A stretch of 63,703 bases of DNA, counting the filler, from Lenisia limosa (taxonomy: Eukaryota > Protista > Breviatea): the NCBI GenBank assembly GCA_001655205.1. It is 9 parts of 9 records of this genome, joined end to end, with 100 filler letters (N's around TTAATTAATTAA, not from the genome) between each part and the next. Parts side by side here need not be neighbours in the genome. Positions count along the whole stretch, not along the records: positions 21,750 to 52,134 come from LPNZ01007841.1; 8 more parts are not named here. One strand, 5' to 3'. Shown here piece by piece: positions 24,701 through 36,700 of this stretch (position 1 is the first letter of the stretch; every line of letters begins with the position of its first letter). The translations under genes and the position numbers were made by a program. The notes below the pieces were generated by a model. That model saw only the letters and a program-made list of their open reading frames with translations. It had not been told where the DNA came from and ran no database searches.

Positions 24701-27700
24701 GACACTTCTTGAATGCCCCGTTTTGTTAGACTCATTTAACAATTTCTCATATCAAAGGGACTAACCAAGGAGAATTACATTAGAAAAACGCAGAACGCTT
24801 CATTCCATGAAGAGAGCAAACTTGTTGGGGGGTTATTTTGGTCCAAGAAGGGTTGCTCTGTATGGGTTTTCCTTTTTGTTGTCATTAATACCCTAGAATG
24901 AACTGATAAAAAGCGAATTCTCTTACACTAATGTGACTCTGCGCGCTGACGCAACAAAGGGCTACAATAGAGTTCTCTTTGAGGTGGATGGATTTATAAT
25001 GCCAAGCAAATGATTATTTTCACCTCTTTCCGGCGTCACGGTATAGCTTGCAGAAGACGATGTGATGCCTTACAGCTGCCGGCCCTCAATCCTCCATGGG
25101 GATAGAGTTGAAATCACTACCGAAGGTTCCTCAATGGTGGGTGGACTTTCCCTATTTCAAAAGATGAGATAATTCAAGAGTCTGTATTATCCATACATTC
25201 TACAGCCTAAAGAGTTGAGCTTCTTAGGTTTTTATATCTACTCAAAAATGATTTCACGTGTTTTTACTGACTCAAAAGACGGTACCTGGCTGCATAGACT
25301 TCATCTTCAAACGAAACGTCTTCATCAAACCATTCAGAAGCCTGTTTCCTGAAGGTGGGTGGTTTGTGCTCAAAAGTCTCGAAATTCTATTGGTGTTATT
25401 ATTTGGCATTTCTAGAAGATGGAAATTCACAACAGATTGTATTTGATACTGTAGACGACACCAGCTATTCGATCAAAATAAAGTGTGATGACAAACATTT
25501 CAAAGTGAGTAGGTTTATCTTGATATGATGAATGGGGTTGTAGTTTGAATTTTGTTTTGGAGCCGCTATTTCTTCAATTAATTATTATTAAACACCATCG
25601 TCTGTCCTCTCAATGCTATAAGGCCAACCGTAGTGCTCTGAACAACTGCGCTCCTTATGTCTTGTTCCCCTCTCCGCAGTCCCAATCCAAGGTTAAACCC
25701 GTCAAGGAACTCACAAACAATGACTGGGTGGGTGGTTCCAAGCAGAGTAATAAATATTTATGATTAGCAAACATATGTTTTGTTTCCTGACGATCCAGTT
25801 TTTCCACGGTCTCAACCAAGAGCAAAGAAACAGTGTCCACACCTTGTTGATGTCTGGGCAAAATGGTCTGATGGTAGCATATTAATGCACCCAATCATTT
25901 AAAACTTTGTGTTCACAGTGAGGACGGCTTCGGCCAGAGACAGTCCCATTCACCGAAGTACGAATATAACACATTAGGCAACCCACTTGCACCTGTGGTG
26001 GTTACAGGGTCTTTTGGAACCGGAAAGACGCTGATCGGCATGGAAGCTGTTAAAATGGTGGGGTGGACAAGATATATATTATATATATCATATATATAAC
26101 CTTTTAAAATTTGATGATTTACGTTGATTGAGACCAAAGTGGATCCCTGCTCATTGCTTCCAACAAAGGCTCACAATTCAGAGTTTGAATCACATCCGAA
26201 ACCCTCGTGTACTTGTTTGCACTTACAATAATTCCACCGCTGACAAGTGAGTGTTGTTATTTAGCCAAATTTTCTTCTTTGTTTGACCTTACATTCTGGA
26301 CATGCATTGGTCATCTCTTAGGTATGTAAACGAGCTGAATTTAGAAGAGAAGCAGTTATTACGTCTCTATTCTAAGAGGTGAGAACGTTTTGTCTTTAAA
26401 TATTGACAACCTTAATGTCATGGTACCAACAGCTTTGGCAACTGCAAAAACCTTTATCAAATACATAAATCAACTTCCTCTTATTTTTCCTCACCAGCTG
26501 TTCTCACTATAATTCAGCAAAGTGAGGCTCGTTGACGAGAAGTATTGCTACTTTGACGCTCAGGGCGCCTGTGCTATTCCGCCTAAAATCGTGGGGTGGT
26601 GGTAAACGTGTTAGTCACTACTACATAATAAAATATCATTTCCGAATCATTTGCCTTGTAATCATATTGGTTACCTCATTGCTCATATTACAGCTGTTGG
26701 TTGATGTTCCTGTTGTTGTCTGTACCTTGAGCGTTTGTCACGACCTTTCACAGAATGGTGACTGGGGGTAGACCTTTCATGTTTAAATCTTTTTTTGTTC
26801 AAGCAATATTTGAACAAGATACATGTATATTTCTGGATATAATTGATATGTATGATATCTACCTATTCATATTATGGTGTATGAGGGGGTAAACTTATCA
26901 AGCGTTCAGCATTATTCACTTCCTCCAGACCTGGGCGGCCATTATGACGTAATTATTGTTGACGAGGCTGCATAATGTCTCGAAGCTGATGTTCACCATG
27001 CTCTCCAGTAGGAGGTCATGAGCACATGTTGCCCTAATAGATTCAATCGTATAGTATGACATAGTATTATGTCCAGAGTAAGACTCTTCAGTATGACCTA
27101 GTATTATGTTCAGAGTAAGACTCTAGGTTTGCCAGCCCTAGTTCTCGTATTCTGCTTCTTGGGGACCACAAACAGACGGTCCCAACACTCCAGTCAGGTG
27201 TGTCTTCGCTTCTTAACTCAAACTGTTACCGTTGTTTTCACACGCCCATCACCCTCGTAGAAGTGGCTGAAGGACTAGGGTATGGCAAGCCCATCATCTG
27301 TCGAATGGCGGACTTACCGTTCTACAGCAACTTCCCAAAATACTTCATTCATTTGGTTGGTTTATCCCGCATCCTGGTGGATTGACTTTCTTTGCATTTT
27401 CTGACTATTGAGGTTCGGAACTATCGAAGTGTTCCTGAGATTGTCTCCATGCAGTCCAAGCTGTTCTACTCCAACACTTTGGTGCCTCTTGTGGAGTCAA
27501 CCTACCTCAAAACTGTGGGGGGAGGTGACTTGACGTCTATTAAGCTAGACCTGAACCTCAAAGCAGAATTTCTGGACCCCCATATTTTGGTCTATTTTCA
27601 ACATAATGGGGGCTTGATAGTTGCCATCTTGTTTAGTTTTCTTTTTTGAAGTTCGGAATGTTTGAGAGCCCCAGATAGATTCACCTCATCTCAATTTAGA

Positions 27701-30700
27701 ACGTACAAGGATTCAAGAAGGACGTTTCATTTGCTGTTATTGCAACATATGTATGTGGGGCATTTTCATCCACCATTGCTTCCCATCTTTGATTGAAGGG
27801 TTATCTCAATATTTCACCATTGCTTCCCATCTTTGATTGAAGGGTTATTTCACATAATCATTGGGTTGGATGCTTTACTTTTCTTATCTTTGAATTGACC
27901 GGCTTAGGGAACAGATGTATGCCAAGGAACAGGATTTGCAAACTATCAAGAAGCCAGTGTTATGGCAGTGGGGATGCAAAGCAGGCAGTTGATAATGTCA
28001 TATTTTGCTTGATAATATATCTTAACTGTTCCAGAAATATGCCAAATCCTTGAGGGAGTGCATTGAAACTGATGACCCCGCTACCACCCCTCTCATGGTA
28101 TGTAGTTTTTTGTTTGACGAACGTATGTGATATCTCCGAAGCAATGAAAATTGCTGACGTATTATTTACACACTTCTCTGAGAGTATTATTCCGCAATAA
28201 GTGTCTTTTACCCTAACATATAAATACATAAAATAGAAAGGTAACTTCATCGAATGTGACCTATTCCCTTCACAACATAGTTTTAATATCTTGCATTGAT
28301 TTAATTCCCTCAGATCATTGCCCCCAACTTCCGTCAAGTGTCAGTCATCAAGGCCCAGCTTGAACTCATAGATCCGAACCATGATGTGAGCTTTAATGCG
28401 GTCCGTCCGTTCAACTGACATGGTCTCATGATGCTAAGTATCACTTTTTAGATTATGGTGGCCACTGTGAATGGAGTTCAAGGCCTTCAATCTCAGGTAT
28501 TTCAGGTCGTCCTCCATTGACTCTTTAGGTCGTAATGATCGCTACTACGAGATCTGGCAAAATGGCAAAGGAGCGAATTGAAAGAGACAAAACGTTGAAA
28601 ACTGGATTCCTCTCTAATGTCGGTTCTTGGGTTGTTCCTCTCAAATGTCGGTTCTTGGGTTGTTGACTTACATTGGTCCACAGATTCTATCACCTGTTAA
28701 CACCCTTCACACCCAGGCCAACAACTTCAACACTGCAGTGAGTCGAGCCAGGACCAGCGTTGTCGTTTTTGTTGAACAACAAGCTGCAAACGTTGCCGAT
28801 AGTTATTTCAAGGTGGGCTTGTGAGACTATCAAAAAAGTGGATATGACGTAGCATATGACTGAAAAATTAGGAGGGTTGAAAGTGGAGTCTGGGTATTTT
28901 TGCCTGACCGTACAGATATTTGTCGCTACCTGCTGTAAATCCCAGTTCTCTTCTGTGAAGCGAGTCCCTCGAATCACTCCCTTAATTCTTGGTACAAGGC
29001 CATCAATCCCTGATCTGAGACTCTTTTATCTCTTGAGCTCTTTTGCGTTGTATTCTTCTTTTTCTGTTTTCATTGTATTTTGTACCTCATGATTTTGAGT
29101 GATTTGAGAGTCTAACAGTTTTGTAGATACAGAACCCCTTTTGATTAAGCCTGAAACCACTCCCGAAATCCAATGCAATATCATTGCTGGCTACAGTGAA
29201 AAGCAGAGGGCAATCAAGGTATATATCTCTGTGAAATTAGTGAGTTCAGCGCAATAGTGACATTTTTCTGTGGAGACAAACTGTTTGCAGTTTCCCCTTT
29301 GCGTATTGTTATGGAGTCATATTAACATGCCAGGCGGATCCCTTGGAGCAAGTTACGCACAATCTGTCCAGTGTCTCCCTCAACAGCGTTCCTGAACGTT
29401 GGTGGTTTCTCATATCACTTTATTTCTATGATACAATCAGTTTTTTGAATAGTTGAGGCTTGAAATCGTAAACACAGGTATCTGATATTGCTACTTGTCA
29501 GTTATTGCGTAGGGAAGCCCTCGCCCGACATTGAGACTTTGGTCCGGTCCGAAGTACCGACTGAGAACAATGACAACAGAGAACTGGCTCTCGTTTGGGG
29601 GTTTTATGCCATTGTTCAGTTTGCAACCTTCAAGCCTCGTCTCTTATGAATAGGCAGCATTCACCCAAATGACCCTTGTAGCACTTAGGAGATATCAAAG
29701 ACAAGGGGCTGCACCTTGTCAAGGACGAAAATGCCTACGTGTCCACTTTGGCCAATTTCAAGCGTTTTGTTCCTTCGACCCCAGCGTTAGCTAAATTCTC
29801 TTGGTAGACAAAAATGCTCTTGATTGACAAAAATGCTCTTGATATACAAAATGCTCTTGATAGACAAAAATGCTCTTGATATAAAAGGGGATAACTTTAT
29901 AGGAACAAAATCTACCTCAGCGAAATTGACCTTGAGAAGACGTCGCTACAAATTGGGACGTACTCGCGAAAGAAAGACACACCAAAGAAGGTGTTTGTGA
30001 GTGGGCATATTTTGATATACGACTTTGACCCCCCCCCCCCNNNNNNNNNNNNNNNNNNNNNNNNNNNNNNNNNNNNNNNNNNNNNNNNNNNNNNNNNNNN
30101 NNNNNNNNNNNNNNNNNNNNNNNNNNNNNNNNNNGCTCTTTGGAAAGAAGGTGCAATGGACGGCTCGGTTGTGCTCTTCCATGTGACTGACGAGAACGTT
30201 TGCAGGTTGCTGATGGTCACGTTGTTGGGCCTCTTGTGACGCTGGTGGTCATGTTGTTGGGCCTCTTATGATGCTGATGGTCACGTTGTTGGGCCTTGTT
30301 GTGACGCTTACAGAAGGCTGTTATTGACTATCGTGTGCAATTTGAGGAGGCGTTGAGACCTGCTGGAGATTGCGCCGGAAGATCATACATTTCCCGCTGG
30401 ACCAACAACAAATTGTTCGCCCCTATCAACCCAAGGGTACGGGCGGTCAATTTAAGGGTACGGGCGGTCAATTTAAGGGTATGTGGGCGGTCAATTTAAG
30501 GGTATGTGGGCGGTCAATTTAAGGGTGTGTGGGCGGTCAATTTAAGGGTACGGGCGGTCATTTTACCTTTTGTGATATGCTCTTGTCTGATCCCCAAAGG
30601 CGCCCTTGCTTGCTCTGGACTATGGCCAGCGTTTGAACGCGGGAGTGCTGAGTGTGCTACGTGTCACTAAGTGGAACTCCGGTCACAACCACCCGGCTGC

Positions 30701-33700
30701 GTTGGTTTGAGGGCTTCATAGTGTAAAGGGCATAACCCCTGAAGCTGCCATGGCTACCATGAGATACCCCTTTATTGCCCCTTAGATATCTGAGACTGTG
30801 AACGAGCCAGAGAAGATCCCTTGGGGCGACTGGGTGAACATGGACATTGCTTCCACCGGCGCTACGGAGGCTTCAGTCAAAGTGGGCTTGGAGGCGATCT
30901 TTTTATCACGGTTCATTGCGGTTGTGGATCTCTTCACAACCCTGCTCTCCATTTGACCCTCTAGTTGCAATCTGAGGCGGAGAGCTTGGTCAGTCTTCTT
31001 GAGTTCGACGCGGATTCATCCATTTCCCATGTACGCGTCTCGTGTTCTTACTACCTGAATGGCGCATTTTAGCATGATTGAGCCCTCACCCCTTAGCTGC
31101 ACCCTGACGTGACTTACTATGCAATTGACCCGGAGAATTGCACCGATCGCGACGACGCAATTGCATACGTAGGATAGGACCAGACCAGAATCCTAAGATC
31201 CTAAGTCAGATTTTGGGGTCTGAACGGGAAGAATGTTTTTCCAATTTTGCATCTTTCGGCTTGCTTAAGGTGCTAAAAGGTTAGAAGAGTTATTTAGATA
31301 CGGGTTAGGTGATTGACAACATTTAAATGCAGAGAGAAAAGAAAAAGAAGGGTGATCACTAAAGAAAAAGAGAAGTATTATTCTTTTTTTAAAAGCCACT
31401 CCGAGGCTCGATCCCTCGACCTCTAGTTCAAAAACCAACAAAAGTCCATCTGGTGTTCATTTGACCACTAAAAAAAATGGCGCGCAAAAAATCTGCTTTT
31501 GGCCCGCTTTGTCGGAGTTCGGGGTTTTTTAAATGGAATTCCGGGGTCCTTAAGTTAGATTCTTGTCTGTTCCTAACGTTGGACTGAACAACATTTCCAT
31601 GCCACATGGAGGGCATGCTCTGATTGTGTAGTTCAGGGACTCGAAGGGAGAGGAGTATGTTTCCGTGGCTGTAACGGACGTGGCTGGAGCCCTGGTGGAG
31701 TGGTCGGATATAGACATTTTCGTGGGGCGGAAACACATTCATCAAAGGCTTTTGGACGGATGGAAATCACTTTATGAAGAATCATCTAACCAATTCTAGG
31801 CCATGAAGCAACAAGCCTCGCTGTACCCCCCTTGCGCTGATAAGATCCAAATGCTGCCTGCCGCCTTGACTGACTACTTGTCTATTAGCAGTAGCACGCC
31901 ATGTATTGTGGTATGCTCCACTATCTAATAACATGGTATTGTCAGTGTGTATGGACAGCTTCAGCGAGATGCAAGACACCTCTTTTCCATTTCCTGAAAA
32001 TATGACCAGACATGTCTATCACACTACAGATGGTACTTAATTTGAGAACCGGCAAGGTGTCATTCAGTTCAGCGAAGGTGACCGTCTCTCAAATTTCCTA
32101 TCAAAAGGTATGTAGTTGGTGAAGTATCTTTCGATGTTCTCTTCGGGTGTTTTGTGCTCGGATTTTGCATCCCAAAATCCCATAAATCCCTTTCACCCGT
32201 TCAGCTTCATGATGACCTTCAAAGCTGCGAGCAATATGCTGAGGATCTCCACAGAGCGGCCAAGATCCTGCTGCAGAAAAGGCGGCAATCACCCAACCCT
32301 GGAATGCCGACCCCTAATACCAAATTCGAGTGTTCTTTACTGGTACGGTAGAGGTAGTTGATGTTTTTCTTTGCAGTCCTCCCCTTGATCCCATCAGAAC
32401 AATACCCTTAACAACGACCATGCCTGGGACTTCCCCGTTTGTCACGCCATTGTGGAGCACTTTATGATTGCTGCCAACCTTGCTGCAGGAGAGGTCTTCG
32501 ATGACAGTGATGTTGAGGCTATCTACAGGGTCCAAAACAAACCACAATCGGTTGGTGCATCGTCGTGTCATATAATGTCCTTGCTCCTGGATCTGTTTCA
32601 CACCCGCAGGAAAGTCAAGAGATTCTTGCGAAGTACGAAGAGCTGATACACAGAGACGACCTAAACACGTCCACTCTCGAACATCTGCGGTTCAATAAAG
32701 AAATGGCAAAAGTGAGTGCTTGTCTTATCTTTTTCGACAGCAGATATATTATTACCAGTGTTCCCTAGCTATGCCGCCACAATCATTTTCATGGCTTTAG
32801 TTCGGCTTTTATCATTATCTTTAGTTCAGCTTTTATCATTATCAAAAATTCACTTCCTTTATAACCTTTCAGTACCAAACACAGTCATTCTTCACGGTCA
32901 CTCCCGGCTTTCATTTCTCTATTGGAGGTCAGTCGCCCTATGCTACGTGGACGTCTCCCCTCAGACGCTACACCGACATCGTCAATATGCGCATTCTGAA
33001 GTGCTTCACTGATGTGAGCGTGGTCTACCCATGTCGCCTCCATGTAGCCTGATTTCACCCCCATTTAGCCTGATTTGACCTCCATGTAGCTTGAAAGTCC
33101 CCTGTTATATGAGGGCGGAGCACCAATGCTTGTCGCCTTAGCCAACTGCACTCTAGCCGGTCTTACAGCTGTGACGAGGGGGGTTACTCCTATTAACATT
33201 TTGCTGACAATTGTAGTGCGAAACAGACCTCAGAGGGGACCTGTGCGGACGAATTATGTCGAAAATGACGGACCTTGTCGTCCTTCCCTCGACCGTTGTA
33301 GGCATCAGCGGCAGCTCAATGGATGTTAGTGGGGTTTGAGTAGCCATCTCACTAGCACTCCAAGCTCATCTATTATGCGACTGGCGTTACCTCTCAGATG
33401 ATTTCTGAATCACGGCCCGGCTTCACAAACGCTCTCAGTAACATTGCGTTCCGTGACCTTCGAAGTGACGGGTTCGGACAGGAGGAGGTGTGGCGATTTA
33501 ATTGACCGTGAATGTGTTCCTTTTTACCCCCGGACTCGTTAGACGTTATGCTTGTCTCACGTAAACAGGTTGATATTGGCAACTCTGTGATGTTCCGTGT
33601 AAATAGCGACAAAATTATCCAAGGCACCAGAATGCTGCACAATCCGATACCAGTCTCAAAGCGAACACTCGAAATCGGAAGCACGGCTGTTGTTCAAATG

Positions 33701-36700
33701 AATGCAATGGTTGGTAATTCTGTCATATGCATATTCATTAATAGGATGTACCTGTTTCCATTTGACCCCTTCGCCAGCGCAACAAGATCCGACAGCAAAC
33801 AGAGGCGTCTGTTCAGCTTCTGGAGGTCACCCCGGGGGCTGTATTCTGTCTTGATCACTGCAAAGTGGGGGGCTGTATTCTGTCTTGATCACTGCAATGT
33901 GGGGGGCTGTATTCTGTCTTGATCACTGCAAAGTGGGGGGCTGTATTTGATCAACCTATCAGTACTTTGGTATCGACATACTGGTTTCATTTTTAGCTTC
34001 CCAGCTTGTTTCTGATTTTGGTATTTCTGGTTTCTTCCACTCTTTTTGTGTTATAATATCAAGGATCCTGTATCAGCCTTCCTGCAAGCACCATTTCCCA
34101 AAGAGCGCCCAGTGTATGACTCGGTTGAGGCCTGGGCGGCTCCGTGCAGAGCCGTTGTGACCGTTGGGGGGGGGGGTCAGCGTGATAACGACAATACAGG
34201 AACTGATCAAAGGGAATCCTAAGGTGAGCATCACGACCAGGATTTGAGAGGTTATACTCTTGTTTGACTGACATCCTCAGGCAGTTGCTGCGTATGAAGC
34301 TGTTCAGACCAACCTGTGCTACTCTTTTCGGGTCAAAGCTTTAGTCAAGATGCAAAGCTTCACGCCAAACGAGATTGACTTCAAATTGAAGGTAAAAGAG
34401 GATGTACTAGTGAAACTTTCATGGAAAGGCATTTTTAATATTCATTTTAGAATGGACTGGGCCGTGACGCCTTTGTGTGTGTCAGAATTCCGAGAGACAA
34501 AGTTGATATCAGCGAAGTTGGTCATCATGCTCCTTCTTTATTTCACCATTGAATCCTGTTAGTTGTATCGTTATCTCTCAAATACCCTTTACACACTTAC
34601 CCATGCTTTCAGTAACATACTCTATGTTCACGCATTAGGACGTTGGGCTTGGGGATTCGGGTATGGATGTGTACCATGGCATGATGGATGGCACCACAAT
34701 CACTTGTGTCACCTCATTGTCGCACCCAATGGACTTCTTGGCAAATGCCAAATTCAAACAATACAAAACAGCCGTAGTGGAGGTATTCCCCAGAAGCGTG
34801 GGAGCTGAGCGCATGTTCAATTTGATTGACGCTCTGACTGTATGTTGGATTAGGATCTATACATAGTATAATATGATATGAAACATGTTGATTATTTAGA
34901 GTGGATCTGTCCAAAACAAGTTTATTGTCAATAGTCTGGCTCTTGGCAAGGATACTCTCGAAACACCGCATTCGGGTTGTGATATCAAATGTTTGCCAGC
35001 TGGCTTGGAGCCTCTATTCAAGTGTATCAAATCTGACACACCCAGACAGCAAACTTGACCAGTACCAACAGAAAGCCGTGTCTGCATGCCTCATGAACCC
35101 TGTTACAATGATCTGGGGTCCTCCCGGTATGTTCACTCTCTTCTGTTCCTTTCCACTTTCCATCTCAAATAATCTGTTTCCATAGATGTCTTCGATCATT
35201 TCCAACTTATTTGGTCTTTTCACGTCTTAGGCACAGGTAAAACCACAACTGGAGTAGACGCAGCGTTCAAATTACTGCAAACCTTCCCCTCTGTCAATGA
35301 TGAGAGTGGCAACAGAGTCACAAGGTCTGACGGTTGTCTTCTTCGGACATTTTGTTGTGAAAGACCTCTTTTTTTTTTGTTTCTCTGGCTCCATAACAGA
35401 TATTTTATTTCATACTCTGATGTATTTTTCTTCACAGCCTTCTTTGTTTCTTTATGATGGTGTGCAGATAATGTTCAAACAGGTAAAACTAGGGGGACAA
35501 TTTTATTTCTCCCATGGGTCAATCCTGTAATGATGGGAAAAATAATGAAAAAGGGACACTTTACTTGTTTTGTGAAGTTCATGTAAATTACGCTTACAGT
35601 GTTCTTTACGCCGCTACAAGCAACAAAGCTGTTGATGTTGTTGCAGAACGAATCAAAAAGCGCTTTCCAAATGTGTCTGTGGGGCTTGTAATACAAGGGT
35701 TGCTCAGTTGAAAGGCTCTTTTCTGACTTTTTTAGTTTGGCAGTTCGCATGTATAGTACCAGAATCGAGCGAAACGATTTACCGCAAATGGATTTACACT
35801 TTGAAAAACATGCTGGACGAGACTTTGTATGTGGCTGTTGCCAAGTAATATATTTTTGATATGAAAACTATGTGAAACTACATGGCCTTATACATCTAGG
35901 ATAATGAAACACCTCCAACTGTACCTGAAAACTTTGACGAAATAGCCCTTCACAAATTGATCCGCGATCCATGTAGATGCCCTCAATATGCAACCAAAAT
36001 CAAAAAGTACGAAGTTTCTTTTCTGAAAAAGTCACATTTTCAGCTTTGAAGATATGGAAGAGATGAACAAAGCGACTTTCCTTGAATACAAAACGGTGAT
36101 TTACGAAGCCGAACAGGAAAGTAGGCTTTGAAGGGGAGCTGTATGTGGTTAGTATACCGAGAATACACTTGAAGCTGAGGGCTTCACTTCGGTATGTTAA
36201 AAGACCGGTAATATATCGATAATTTTCGAGGATTCATGGAGAAATTCAGTCTTTTTTGAAACGAAGTGAAGCCCTACTTGAAGTTGAGGCGAATGGATAC
36301 CTGTCAACTTTAGCCATCTATGTCTGACATTTCTGCTTTAGCCGTCTTTGACGCAGTTGATGTCTGATATTTCAGTCTTGGGCAGTTACGACCTTGTTCT
36401 AGTTACATGTAATTTGAGTGCCAGCAAGAAAATGCCCTCCACATTCAATTGCGTAATTGTTGATGAGGCTGGTAATAGGTTAGTGATAGGGCTGTCTTTT
36501 TGCCATATTTAAAGACTTCCAATAACTGATGTAGTATTGACGCTGATATAATGATGCNNNNNNNNNNNNNNNNNNNNNNNNNNNNNNNNNNNNNNNNNNN
36601 NNNNNNNNNNNGCAATTAAAAATAAGGTTGTATCTCTCCAAAGCCGTCCACAACATCACACTGATATACCCAATCATTTGCCTTACAACTCTGTGCACAC

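Noticed and set aside
28560-28620. Suspected frameshift between TTRS and GFLSN in helicase 1
   Set aside because: Recount shows KTLKTGFLSN in frame.
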